From: Zygnema circumcarinatum SAG 698-1b
Taxonomy: Eukaryota > Plantae > Zygnematophyceae
DNA length: 64,000 bases
Reading direction: 5' to 3'
Assembly: GCA_037447605.1 (NCBI GenBank)
Contig: CM074804.1
Span: 6,859,909 to 6,923,908 of the forward strand
This document shows, piece after piece, positions 11,451 to 25,270 of this stretch (position 1 is the stretch's first letter; each line of letters opens with the position of its first letter). The position numbers were made by a program, and so were the translations under genes. The notes under the pieces were generated by a model that saw only the letters and a program-made list of their open reading frames with translations, searched no databases and had not been told where the DNA came from.

Positions 11451-11887
11451 GGGGGGGGGGGGGCGGACAGCAGCCGCAATCCCTCGGCCGCGGGCGTTTC
11501 GCACGTGCGGGGACGGCCCTGGAGGGGGTCCGGCGCCGCGCGGTGCTCAGGAGGGAGTCGGTGCGAACTGGGCACGGCGCGGCGGAGGGAGGGAGGGAGG
11601 GAGTGGGGGAGAGCTAGGTAGGGAGGGAGGGAGGGGGGGAAGGGCTTGGAAGGGACAGGTGACAGGTTCCATGTCGCGGGGCAGTCCGGGGCTGGAACTG
11701 CACGGACGGAATCCGACCGCAGCATGGAGAGTGGGGCCAGCGCGGTGACAGCACGAGAACGAATACAGATAGGAAGTGACCGATAAGAGATTTTCCAATG
11801 GCACGTGCAGTCGAAAATTATATTATTTGAAGTCCTGAAGACAAGTTCTTATTTATATTTTTAATAAAAAGGATTAAGGCCTACGCC

Positions 11888-14800
11888 TTAGAAAGGGCGC
11901 CATGAGCCTGTAGCAAGTCCCAAAGCAAGCGCAAGACCGAACGCCACGTGCAGGCGAACACAGTAATACTTGGCCATAAATATTTTCGCTTTATCCTGCA
12001 CGTTGACATCCAAACAATTTCCATAAAAAGGTGACGAAACGAACCCACTAACAATGCCATATCACCAACAACAATCTCGGAGTTAGCCATCCCACCTGGT
12101 GATTGTCCTTGACAAAATTAACAACAAGCCGACCGATGGGAACAGTCAGAAGGGCGCCGATCTGCACACCCCCAAACCCAATCCACGTGGGTTCAAAGCG
12201 GCAGAAAAATCCTCTGCAGGCACATTCCCCCCCAAGCTCTGAGGGTGCGAGCAGAGCCCTCACAGCGCATGTGAAGGGCAGCAGTCCCCCCGCCACAAAG
12301 GCCCCCGTGAGGCCGTACAGTGCGCCCACCGCCGCCTGCACAACGAGGGCGGCGCGGGCCGTACCCATGCGGACCAAGGGGGACATTTTGCCCACCGCGA
12401 GGTCGCCCTCAATCTGCACACGGAGGGAGGGCCCCCCTGTGGGCATGAGTTTGCATGCAGGTGGCTTTGAAAGCGGCGGTTTCAGGAGCAGGGAACGCAG
12501 GAGGAGGCACGGGAGAGCCCTCTGGTAAGGAGAACTGGAGTAGGATATCGGAGATGGAAGGTGGAGTCGGAAACCTGATGGAAGTGACTGCAGAAGAGGA
12601 TAAGAGTTGTCGTGATGCCGACCAGAACTGATGCCGCAAGCACTGTCGGGGTGACAGCTGGTAGATTTGTGCTGCCTGAAATACTGTCCTCCAACTCAAT
12701 TGAGTTTTCAGCTAACAATACTGCAATGCATGAACATGAAACCGCGGCTCTACCTCTGGCTTTCCCTCCGAAGGCCGTCAAGCAAGGGTTCAAATGAAAC
12801 TTTTGAGGTACGAACAGAATAATTTATTTCACAAAGGTTGCATGGACACCACAGTCACAATCAAATTAGAAAACTATCGCACTCTGACACCCTCAAAACA
12901 TACGAAATTTGAGAATGGAGTCCCTCCAGAAGCACACAGGGAAACTCAAGATGCGGCAGGAAACTCGGCGCAGCAGAACGGGACTCATGTAACTGCACGT
13001 GGCAATGCTGGATGACGTACTTGGCCTGATACAGATAGAAGGCAGTGGTGGCCAGTGGGCCGAAGGCGAGGAAGCAGAGCGGCTCTCCCAGACCCTTGTA
13101 ACTCAGCCGAAACGGCGGACTCTGCCATGACGTCACCATGCACGGGAGTCATTCCCCTCTTGCCAGCCCACCCCCCCCTGTCCCGTCCCGTCCTGTCCCG
13201 TCCTGGCCAGTCCTATCCAGTCCCGCAAGCTTCCACGTGGCAGGCATGCAGGCGGCCCACCTGGTAGACGTACCCGCACGCCACGGCGGCGGCCAGCAGC
13301 CATCCGACACGTGCGTCCCCGGCCGCCCGGGCGCCCGCCCAGAACCCGCGCCCGCCCAGCAGGAGGCACGCGAAGGCGGCCACAAGGACGCCGGTTTTGC
13401 TGCAGGCCCCCCCCCGGGGGGTCAGTCGGAACCCATGCATGCATGCATGGGACACGGAAGCTTTAGCCTGCCAAAGTCTGTCTGCATTTGCTCTACAATG
13501 CTGCGAAGCAGACAAGCAAGGGCAAGCTGATGGGTTTGGACCCCGTTCATTAATGGCTTCCTTATCATGAAGTCGACAGCATGTTTCTGATACTAGAATG
13601 AATGGAAATGCCAAAATGCATCCACCGAAGCAGTTTCAACTGCCTGAGACGCTGCAAAATGAGGGGCTTCTAGTGAGCGTATTTTATGTGTACACACAAA
13701 CAGAAAGGGCTGCTAAGTTGATGCTCGCTGTTGCAGTTGTGATCCGCACGTGTATTTATTCAAGTTCCAATAGTTCAATGCAACCGAACATACCTGCCAG
13801 TCATGTTTACGACCGACTCTTTCTTGTCCTTATCTGCGCCGGTTGTAGAATCAAAAGCATCGTTACTGCACATGCGGTAGACATTTTTTCCCCACTAAAA
13901 AAAAAAAAAAACGGCAGGGCTGTCACAGGACAAGCGCAGCTATCAAACAGAAAAAAACATACAAGAAACCATCTCAGCACGAAACTGGGCTTTTCAATCT
14001 TCCTACCCTTCAGAAGGCTCAGCCAGGGTTAATCTCATATCATTTTTCAACACAAAATCTGAACTTCTTGCAAGTGGGAAAAAACCTGAGAAAGGACAAT
14101 GAGTATCCGAGGATCACCTGAGGTTAAGCCACGCAATTACGAGCACAGAGAACAGCAGAAAGCTGCTGTAACGGCTACCGTTGAAATGACCTGATTGAAG
14201 ATACGCAGCTGCTGCCCCGACCTGCAAATGAGCTCAAATTCAATGGTTCAAAGCCTAAAGAGTTCTTAAAGAGAGCAGAAAAATATAGAGCTCTCAGAAC
14301 CTATGGAATAGCGGATATTAAATGGAAAACCAAACCTTAATAAGTGTTTTAAAGTTTATCATAGCTACATAATGAGCTGCATATTGTGCAGTGGCTAGTT
14401 GTTTCAATGTATAGTTGGCAGGGTCGTTCCAGCTAAAGTGTTCTCATGAATGGAAACCCTAAATCACAATCACTCTCACACAAGCTGGTAGGAAATACCG
14501 GAACATGAAGAAGGCTCCCTCTCCATTGGTTATTTTACGAAGGGCATCCACCATTAGATCGAGGGAGGGTTTAACCTTTTCCCACGCCAGTATTTAAGCA
14601 GAACAACAAATGTTCTTTTACAAGAGCCTTTTTAAACTTTGTGAAACAAAACGAACGAAATGGTTTCTTCTAGAGCCATTCACCCTAATGATTCGCGTGG
14701 GCAAATTCACCCACGGGCAGGAAGCCATGCAATGGTTCGTCACTGCATGGGTCCTTTCGCGTTGGGGCGCAAATGCCAATCCGTCAGATTTCGTCCTTCA

Positions 14801-15753
14801 GATTGTTTAATTTTAGCAATCATTGTTGAAATTACAAATCACCAAAGTGCCTTGCAGAGCAAAGACCAGAGGTTGCGTCGATGGATTCTCATCGCCCATG
14901 TGCAAAGATTCATTTGAGCAAAGAAACGATTGTGAATTTCACTCGTATCAAATCGAGACCCGCCAGGTTTTCAAGTACAATAGTGATTGAGTAGATTGTG
15001 GATACTCTTCGATTGTGGAGAGATATCCCTACAGTGAGCTGCTTCTGAGAAGAAAGTTGTAAATTGGTCCAATTATACTCCAATGCCATCCGAGTAAGTG
15101 AGAAATTCATAAAGCGTGCATTGTATAGCTGCTTCCCATAATAGACGAGCGAGAGTTCAAATAGCTACCGTAAGTGGAATCCATGCCACAGTGTACAGTG
15201 GAAGCTTCACCGCTCGCCAAATGAGCGCCGCTTGACTGATCTCCTCCTCCACTTTCCCACCTAACCTCATAGCAGGCTCCTCTTCGACAATCCTAGATCC
15301 CCGCTGGTCCGCCAATATGCTCTCAGATTCTCCGCTTTTGTCCACGCTTTCCTCCCCCGCCGTCGCCGAGAAGCTCAAAAGCGCACCCTCATCAGCAGCT
15401 CTAACAGACAGAATTTGACGGCCTCTTTTTTCCACCCGCCTGCACCGCCATAGCACTGGAATACACCTGACCGCCTGCTGGGATTCCCCATGAAGCCTGC
15501 GCCGATTTTCCACCGTTCCCAAAGACGCGCACATGACCTGGCACATTCCCCCCTTCCTCGATTCCCCTGCAAAAGCAGTCGCGCGCCAGGTGTCGTCCGC
15601 CTCCCGCGCGGACTCTCCCGCTCCCGTCCTCACGCCCGGCCATTGCGAGCACCCGCGCAGCTGGAGCTTCTCCGAGAGCGCCGCGTGTCGGGCGCTAGCG
15701 CACTGAAGATGGGAGCTGGCGTGATGCACGGCCCCCGTCCCCAGAGCAGCCAT
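11888..15753 (-). CDS. menA: 1,4-dihydroxy-2-naphthoate phytyl/prenyltransferase (phylloquinone synthesis, UbiA family), plastid-targeted
   Basis: Multi-exon gene: transit-like N-terminus then WRAVKLPLYTVAWIPLT (15753-15169); VGAAAAYLQSG...IAWLNL (~14220); NDAFDSTTGADKDKKESVVN (~13860); ACGYVYQ (~13262); SPPFRLSYKGLGEPLCFLAFGP (~13120); ILFCSHFHQ (~12580); IEGDLAVGKMSPLVRMGT (~12410); last exon DKAKIFMAKYYCVRLH...RPF*, stop at 11888-11890. These are MenA/ABC4 motifs. Confidence 0.93.
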
Positions 15754-16628
15754 AGCGTGGCCCTCTGGCAGCAGCAGAAGCTGGGGGTGCGGGCCCTCCG
15801 GGAACGTACGCCCCCTCTCCCTCCCTCCCTCCCGCCCTCCCTCCCTCCCGCCCTCCCTCCCTCCTGCCTCGCAAGTCGCAGCGGAGCGCGGGGCGGGGCC
15901 GCGGCCGCTGTGGGCGCACACTCGAGATCGCGCGGTTCCACCTTCGCCACTTGTGTGCGACCACGTGGCAGATGAGTCAACGAGAGTGGCGACTTTTGTG
16001 AGGACGACCACGTGGCGCGCGGCGATTGGCCCAAGGGGCTAACAGGCCAAGCGAAAAAAAAAACGACGAGGAAAGGGGGCGGGGCGAGGGTTGCCCGTTG
16101 GGCTGCAGGCGCTACCGTACGGTATGGGCACGTATGGATGGATGCATGCATGCATGGGTGCATGCATCCCTGTGTTCTGCCGTCTCTCCTGTCCGTCCGG
16201 TGCTGGGGGTACTTATGCTGCGCGGCGGTTCTGTGGAGGGGCCTTTCCTGCACGGCAGGGCGGCACGCCTCCCCCCAACTCCGCAGTAACAGCCAGGCGA
16301 TTACAAGAGCCCTTTAGCAAAGCAGTAGGCTCTGTTGCCGCTGAAAGAATGAGAACCAGTCTGTCCCCTTTTTGGAAACCTATTTACAGAGACAGAGTAC
16401 AGCGCGTGATTGTTCAAGTAAAGTGGAGGAGGTATCGTCCTGGCCCACGTGGCTCTATTGCCACAGGCAGCCCTGGACGAAATGAGCATCGGCGTGTAAG
16501 ATATGGTAGGACCTTATGCTCTCTGAAATGCCCTTCCTTATTTGCGGGCAACACTAAGGCTCGCTGTTTAGAGACTTTAGGCTTCAAAGCCCATCCACAG
16601 TAGCCGGGATCGCGGAAGATGAGAGGAG

Positions 16629-19600
16629 CTAGATTCCAGGTCGCTTCATGCCACATTCTGAGCAGTATTTGGAACAATCGCGGACATACGGCGTGCCGCA
16701 CTCGTCGCAGTACTTTCCCGGTCCTCCCGACTGCACTCCATTGCAACGACCCCATGGTCACACATGAAAGGGAAGCAAAGAATTCAGAATATACATCGCT
16801 CAACGGCTATTGGGAGTACGGATCACGAGACTGCACCAACAAAGCAGTACTTCTTCAAAACTATGAGCCACTCCGATAGGAAAACTCCAACTCCACTTCC
16901 AACCAATACATGTCCACAACCAGACAGAGCTGCAGCAAACACGACAACCGACATGTAGTCATTTCGCCTCCAGCAAGAATCAGAGTACTGTACTGTACCG
17001 GTGAGGCGATCAGTCCTCCCATGTGGCCGGGAGACTGCATCACTGCTCGTCCAACGTGGTTTGTTCCCATGGACCCGTGTGGCTGATGTGCGTGCGGGCT
17101 CTGATGATGTGGCGATGGCACCGATAGCCCATGCGGCAGCTGCATGACCCGGCACACATGTAACGCGTTGAACACGAAAGCATCATTCCCTAAAAGAAGA
17201 AGTCAAAGTAAAGCTAATGACTGGCGAAAATCAAGTCAGCAGCTTTTGGGACTACGAAAACAAAGAATCTCCTGCGGTCTAAGAGTTGATTCTCTAGAAC
17301 ACGTGTGAAAGAGGAGGAAGGAATACCTTGATGCTCTTTTACAAGATCAAGACAAACATTTCTCTAGGGAATTCTACGCCCCCTGCCATCTCACCATGTT
17401 CCAGCCACTTTGAAGTGCCACAGAAAGAGGCATGACTTGATCGTGGTCCATCCATAGGATACGACAAAACGAGCACTCATGTTTACTTGGCGAGAAAACG
17501 GAAATCCCAATTTCGCAAGACCTTCAGGCAAGAAGTGAGATCCTCACCATGTGAGACATTTGCTGAAGTCCATTCGAACTCACTTGCCTACGAGTTTTTG
17601 TTCGAGCAGAGTAAAATTTATAATCACGGGAATAGATTGCCACTTCATGCCGTCCAGTGATCCTCCTGAACCTGCATCAAGTGCAGATTACCAATGCAAT
17701 TCAGCTATGTTGCTAATCCCCGAAGCAGAAGAACACCACAACAGACCGGAATACAAGCCAGGACAGTCAGACAGTGAAAGCCCACGATTTAATCTAACTG
17801 CAACGCCTTTTTCCTTTGATTGTACTGGATCATCTGGAGATCCTCAATGGCTTGTATCAAAATTCCCTCTTCGCTGCTTTATCAACTATATCGTCGGGAG
17901 GCTGGTGGAAGGTACCATTCAGCGTCGTCTGGACCAATGGTGGTGGGTCTCTCGAGAAGCTCAAGTCCGTGAACAACAATGAAGCGCACTCTTTTCTCGT
18001 CCCCGGTCACAAGTGATGGAAACTTTGCTCGAGCCTCTAGAGCTGATGCCATTTCTCGCCGTTTGAATGAGGTGACAGCCCCTGCACCGGTAGTCCACAA
18101 AGTCAATCCATACAAGTGTATAGAACAAAGAGTTTGATAGAAACAGTGGCCCCGGCATGACATGAAATATAGGAGCGAAAAAGGAACATGAAAGAAAAGA
18201 AAAGTTGAGGATGGAAGCCAGCAGACAAGCAACAGCATAGTGCAGATGCAAAACATAAGGTCCAACCTTCTACAAAAGACATCATTAGCATCAAGAAATT
18301 TATAATAAAAATCGCACTCTTTAAAAAATCCAGACAAACATCTGGTAAATTTGCCAGGTTCGGATAGAGAATCGGTCTGCATAGGTTTAGGAGACAGTGT
18401 CCCCCTCTCCTCCCGTCCCGCCTCCAGCCTATCTCTCTCTCACACATGCGCATGCTGCTGCTCACCTGTTTTGGGGTACTTCTCCACCAGCCGTCGATAG
18501 AGCCCTCCTGCAGCCTCTAGGGCCAGACCCATTGTCTTCTCTTGAAGACCTTCAGTTTCCGCCATCCGCGCATTAATTTCTCCAACCAATGTCTCATAGA
18601 CGTTTGCGACATAGATCAGGGGGAGAAGGTACCGGGGATCCCCTTCATACGCTGCTTTCAAGTTCAACTGCATTCGACGAGGCATTCCAAAGCCCACAGC
18701 CGTCAAAAAACTACTGGGATCTTCAGATGAATAACAGGTGGTGCCTGCGGAATCAATAAAACAAACGCATGCAACAAACCAAAAGCCATATCATCCTAGA
18801 CTGTGAAGACACTGCAAAGTTCGGACGATGCAATTTGCCAACGGAAAGTGACTCGTTTTCTAGTTCATACCTCTTTCAATTTCCGTTTCCTTTGCTTTTC
18901 ACTGTGCTTAATTGGCGATTGGTCCTGCACAGGTACTATGTGATAGGTGATAAAATGATCCACCAAAAGATGCAAAAAGCGAACCCTCGCAGCTTCAATG
19001 GGCAAAATATCTGTTTGACAAATACCATCAATTAGAATCAAGTTAAAGCAAGCTTGCAAATTGATAACGACTTGCTTAGTCGAGCTATGCACTAGACCCT
19101 TTTCCAAAAAACATAGATCTGAATCTGGGTAAGAAAATATAGTTCCCATTGCCAATGGTATTCTAGCAAGACAAGCATTCGTGCACTTTGTAAAGAGCAT
19201 ATATTCAATTTGCACCACTGCTTTCCGTTTACACCATATAGACTCTCAGGGCAAAAGACTGCTGCAGTATTAGACTCGTAATTGCATAAACGTAACGTAA
19301 CGTTCTCCTTCGCGTAAGTCATCAATTTGATAGTGGACGCAGCTGTGGCGACATCCCTCTGACGAAAAAATCACAACGGAACATCATGAAGGTAGTGCTT
19401 TCACGGACAAGATTGAAGCTTCTTGAAGGAGTATTCTGTATTTACCATTCACCATTCCAATGGGACTCGGATAGCAAATGATTGCTAAAAGCCTATAGTA
19501 ATTCGTTAACGATAGACAGCCTCTTGGAATACGGCAGGAGGAGGCTGGTCTCCGTACCATGTATGCCAAGCGTTCCATATAGACTCTGTTGCTGATCCTC

Positions 19601-21027
19601 GTGGTCGTCCAGATGACCATCCTCACTTCCAACAGATTGGAGAGCCAGCCCTTGGTCATACTCTTGAGGAACTCCTTCACTCAAGTTTGAGTCTTCCATG
19701 CCCTGCGGAAAATGCAACGTAACAAGCCAATGAAACCTTGCTGAATAACAGTGATATTCTCACAAGCTTTGTATGTCGACCAAAAGCTTTCAATGTTGGG
19801 CTTGGCTCAAAGTAACGTGGCTTCTGATAGGAAGTGCTTTGTTTACAATATCCAGTATACAGAGACTCTCAGAGAAGGCGAACCTGGGTTAAGAGAGTGG
19901 ATGATGCTGAAATGACTGAGGCTATCAGTTATCTTTGATTATAGAGTACGTCATCATGGTTGCACTCAACGCAGAAAAAGCTCATTGCTGTCCTGTGACT
20001 AATGTAAACACGTCTCCCTTCATCAACTTGTGAATTTGATTTGGCAAGGATAACATAAACTACATTTCTTTAATATGGCCATGGCCATGCAAACCAGACT
20101 TTTGGTGTAGGATTGTAGGATTGTCACATAGGTTTCCTGTACAAGAGAGCATGTCCCCTTTCTCAACTTATCTTTGGAATAATAATTCAGATTTTTTTAT
20201 CATTCCCTCTGTATTAATACAGTTCTTGCCGCATATACAGCGCACGCACAAGCTGTAAGTGAAACCTATTTCTCTGGTCTGATCATTACAACATTCTTTC
20301 GATTTTTTTTGAGAAAATGTTGATAACAATTTGACCATCTTACACGTTGCAATCAGCAATTAACTCCCTTAACTCGCTTATTATAAGCTTCACTCTCCAT
20401 TGAAAGTTCGAGAGAGAAGTCCAAAAGTTCCTTTATGCAGCAAGACGTTCAGACGAACTGGACTGTCTCACATGAACGCCATGGTTCAGCGAGGGCAGAG
20501 CCTCGAGTAAGGTAAGGGCTCCGCACATCTTCTAGTCTGAGCAGCTTCTCAAGCCCATGAGGATGCGTTCACCCTACCTGCAGTCCCTCTGCCCCTTGCG
20601 ATGTCTGTCGAAGTTCAGCCTGCATGGAGCCCGACATGCCTGCCGGTGACATTCCTCCTTGTTGCATCCTACCCTGTGCCAATCCTCCTTGCAGAGTGTT
20701 TTGCATACTGCTTTGCATCGAGTTTTGCAACGCATTTTGCAACCCGTTTTGCATGCTGTTCTGTAAGCTGGCTTGCATACTGTTCTGCAATGGATTCTGC
20801 ATATTCTGCATGGAACCTGGCATGGCGCCTTGCATACCACCTGATATGCCTCCCTGAAGTCCACCTTGCAAGGATATAGCCTGCAGGTTGCCTAAGTCCG
20901 AAGGCATACTGCGCTTAATGTCCGGAAGCCCATGGACCCCAATCCCATGGGAGTGCTCAAGGCCGTGACGCTCGCTGACGTGATGTTCCACGAGATTCGA
21001 CCCAGGCGGCATGCTATAGCCAGCCAT
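16629..21027 (-). CDS. Conserved plant protein of unknown function with C-terminal double CxxC zinc ribbon (At2g02148-like)
   Basis: Exons read LRLCNYESNTAAVFCPESLYG (~19290); LPLIYVANVYETLVGEINAR...LEAAGGLYRRL (~18600); FKRREMA...EKRVRFIVVHGL...DDAEW (~18000); FRRITGRHEVAIYSRDYKFYSAR (from 17671); last exon KYCDECGTPYVRDCSKYCSECGMKRPGI*, stop at 16629-16631. The start (MAGYSMPP, 21027) is uncertain and the family name is from recall. Confidence 0.8.
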
Positions 21028-21640
21028 GGAGTCTCTCGCTGCAATAACCTGCTCCACAAATTGTTGACTACATATTAACGAGTTTCCAGCATCTAAAACA
21101 CTAATGTCTTGCACCCGAGCCGCCGATCGAGGCCTAGGCCGTGCCAGCTCTCCCCCCTTCAACGACAATGCAGCTGCACCTCAACCACCAAGCTTCCAAC
21201 CATGTTCTCCAAACCTGAGCTCTTTCCACGGCCCCTTCCAAGCACCAGAACCTGCATCATGTTCCTCATCTTCTGCTGCCTTCTCTCAGCGAGGAAGAGC
21301 AGCAAGCATCCCTAGTTATTAGCAGCCTCACTCAAACGGCCACGTGGCATGTTGAGCATGCCGTATGAGCAGCCCGCGCAGCCCCTTTTTGAACTCCCCC
21401 GCTTTGAAACGGCAACGATCACTTCCCCTCCCGGTTTCAGGCGCGCCTCCCCCCTGCCTCCTCCCCGGCCCTCCTCCCCGCCTCTCCGGCTGCCCGGCCC
21501 TGCCCTCCCCTTCCCGCGCGCCCTCCCTCCCCGGCCCGGCTTGGTCCGGTCCGGCCAGGGCTCGGCTCGGCTCGGCTCGGCCCGGCCCCATCCGTGCGCC
21601 CCGCCCCGCCCCGCCGCGCGTCCAACCAGCCAACCATCCG

Positions 21641-21692
21641 TTGGTTGGTTGGTTGGTTGGTTGGTTGGTTGGTTGGTTGGTTGGTTGGTTGG
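21641..21692. repeat. (TTGG)n microsatellite
   Basis: Uninterrupted TTGG run of ~13 units in the divergent intergenic region. Confidence 0.95.
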
Positions 21693-21902
21693 AGTCAGTT
21701 AGGCAAGGAGGGGAAGGCTTTCAACAAGTAATGGGTATACTCGAGAGGCCAGCCTCTGTCGAGAATGGCCAAACACATGGTTGTTTGCCTCTGTCCAAAC
21801 AACCATCCATGTATCTTCTCCCTTACGCCCTCGCTCAAGTTGCTGAAGGAAAGTCATTACAGCTACAGTACTACAGTATTCGCCATGCAATGCCAATGTG
21901 CG

Positions 21903-21955
21903 CACCACACCACACCACACCACACCACACCACACCACACCACACCACACCACAC
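21903..21955. repeat. (CACCA)n microsatellite
   Basis: Pentanucleotide run of ~10 units. Confidence 0.95.
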
Positions 21956-22364
21956 GCGCCCTTCGAAGAAGACGACGAAACGGAAAGTGAAGTGAAGCGA
22001 AGCGCGAGTGCGCGGCGGCGCTCACTTCGGGGAGGTGGACGCTTGGCTGCTCTCGCGTCCGCTTCTTGACTCGTCGGGGAGATCGCTATTTCTCCTGCAA
22101 CACCTGCAGCACTGGCGCCATGGATCAGTCGCCGCTGCGTTCCGCGCTCATCTGAAAGGTCACTTTCCTACCTCGCCTTTTGGAGAGAAGGCCTACGCGC
22201 ACACGAAGAGAGTGGAAGTCATGGCGCAATACACATTGCCGCCGCTCTCCGCTTCTCGCACGCATAGCTGGCGGCTGTGCATGTGAGATGTGAGGCACAG
22301 GAGGGCCTCTTTCCTCTTCGGCCATCCGACCATTCAGCAGGACATATGCAAAGGAAAGGCAGGA

Positions 22365-25190
22365 ATGGAATCGGCGGACGGGCATGGCGTGTCCATTGAA
22401 CTGAGGGGTCTCGGAGGGGAAAAACGCGTTGTCAGAGAGAGATGCTTTAACATCAACGAGCGAAATGAGAAGTACATAGGAGACGAGAGAGAAGACGTTC
22501 CCTTGGTTTTTAGTTCCGTCGGACGAGGCGACGAGGAGGAAGCGGAGGATGATTCCATGCTGGAGTTTGAAGGCCTGCAGCTTGCGGAACCGGGTCCTCT
22601 GAGGCGAGCTGCAGCATATGTGCTCAAACGTCCACATATTGTGGGCCTGGCTATTCTCCTCGGATCCTTTCTGCTTCCGCTGTTTTACAGCGGATTGTTC
22701 GGTGGAAGAAAACCTCTGATTTGCGAGGAGATGGAGATCACAGGTTAGCCTCCTTCATACAATCTTCATATTAGGGGATCAGACGTGACATTTTCAAGAT
22801 TGAGTCTTACTGAATTGGCAATCTGGACGAGAATTTTCCGCTAATGGAGTTCCGTATTTGCCGCATTTGCATAATGTGCATAGGCGCATTGCATCGTCCT
22901 TTTCTCATGATTATTAGCTTCATTAAGTGATCCTCCACCCTTTTTGCCTCATAGCAATCTTGAAAACTACGAAATGTCGTCCAGTGGCAGCAGAGGAACT
23001 TATGGCAAATACAGAGTAGTGAAACTCTTTCACCCTCCGCAAGGACGGCAGCATTTCAAAAATCGAAATCTCCTGGTACTTTGCACGTTTGTAGCTTCTT
23101 TTGCCTAGACATTAGCCTCACCGAGTTTGCTTCGACGTCAACAGTTCCATAGCAGTTTTGACCGGAGCTGTACACTGTATGGCAGTTCTCATAGCTCGGC
23201 AATTTCAGAAATCATGGGTTCATTATTTCTTCAGAGGAATGGAGCGAGGACTATGCGATCCAGATACTTGGAGGAATATGAAGTTTAGAAGTATCATAAA
23301 ACTGTTTCCTCTCAGTCGCCTTCATTGTGGTTTGCATGATACGGTACAGGGTATCCATACTGTGGTACACAGTCGATTGATAGAGTCGAGCGTCTTGATA
23401 TCGGCATACTACGATTTCCTAAAGGTTCTTAATATTCGTTTGAGAGAAGTGGACGAGGTATTCGCTTTTGTACCCAGGCCACGGATGTTCCTATGATCGA
23501 CAACAAGGGTCTGCTTGAGAAAAGCAGGAACTGAATCACGTTCTATACATTTCTACGTGAGAATGATGCATTTCTTAAATCATTGCTAGCATCGGATATG
23601 CTGCCTTTTCCATTCTGCCATTGCCTGGATGCCTTTGACATCCCTTGGCTACCTTCTCAAGTGTGCGTATGCTAATGTTCCTTTTAGTGTTTCCCATTGC
23701 GCCGTTCTTGTGCAGGACTGGAAGATCACCTGGAAGACCTTACGTTGGAAGAGAAGATAGGGCAGATGGTGGTTGCGGATTTACACGACGTTGGAAACGG
23801 AGACATGGTCACGTCGCACTTTGTTGGTGCAGTCCTTGTAAACTCAGATGTCCAACACTCACCGAGAAATGGGCCAAGCGATTGGCTGACGACTGCCCTT
23901 CATCTGCAGGCAAAGGCGCAGGCGACTCGGAAAAGGATTCCCACTTTTTTTGGAACGGACTCTCTTCATGGGCATGCACGGGTCTATGGCGCCACTGTCT
24001 TCCCCCAAGCCATCGGGTTGGGTGCAACGTTCAATAGTACACTGGTTCAACAGATCGGCTTTGCGGGTAAGGGTCAGTGGAGGAATGGTGGGCTTTGGAA
24101 GGCTAGTGAAGTTCAGTGGACGACTTGGAAAACATCCACAGTGTTGCGTTGTGTCTGCTTCACTGTTGCCATTTGGTTTAGGTCTTTCCTGGATGTTCGT
24201 ATCATTTCAATTCATTTGTTACGAATATGTGACAGCCTCAAGTTAGCATTTCCAACAGTATGGTGATGAATCAACATCTTGGTGCATTTTTGTATCGACT
24301 GGTGTGCCAACAGAAGCGAAGGAGATGCGAGCTACAGGAGTAAACTGGGCCCTCGGACCTGTACTTTCCGTGTGTGAAGATGTGCGTTGGGGAGGCTGCT
24401 ACGAGTCATATTCCGGAAATGAGAAAGTTGTGGCAATGATGGGACCCCGGATTGATGGCCTCGGAGGATACGACGAGATGGCGGCGGGATGGAACATAAC
24501 TGAGACAATCCTGTGCGTGGTGGGTTGGCACCGAGGTATAGTTCAAAAAGGTTTTGGCGGAAATAGAGGAAATGTTGGGAACAGAGACTAGCAGTTGAAA
24601 AGCCTGTTTTAAGGCTGCGGTTTCCTTTGCATACGACATGTAATCGTGCTAACGTTAGATGTAGAAATGGTTGTAGTTCTCAAATGCTCTAGTTGCAGTG
24701 TTTTCACTTGAGGGACCACATGCATAATACAATACCGTATATTCGAGATAGTGTTCTAAACGGAATCGTGATGTTTGTGCCACTCGAGCGTGCCGTTTCA
24801 AATGTTTGCTGGAGAGGACCATCTACCAATACTGTTCCGATCAGCAATGTTTGAAAGAGAGAAATCGGCACCAAACAAACTAGATATAGGTACCTACCTA
24901 AAGTAGTTTACGTTAGGTGTACTATAAGGTATAAAGTTTACCTTGAATTTCGTCCGTCGCGCACAACCCTTTTTGAATTGACCGGCGTGGCCGGGATTGG
25001 GGGCGTATTAAATTGCTTGGGGATCAGGCCGCGCGTGGCTGCAACTGGGGTCGGATTTTTGGGCAACGGGGGTACGGCTGAGGGGATTACCGGTGGAATG
25101 ACGACGGAATCAGACTCCGACTTACGAAGTCATTATTTGCGACCATTTGTAGATGCCGTTGCAAGGTGAGCTCTCCCTGGCTCTTCCTGG

Positions 25191-25270
<80 letters not shown>

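Noticed and set aside
11260-11600. Tandem duplication as a biological feature
   Set aside because: The copies straddle an N gap bordered by G runs and may be allelic or mis-joined contig ends; this cannot be resolved here.
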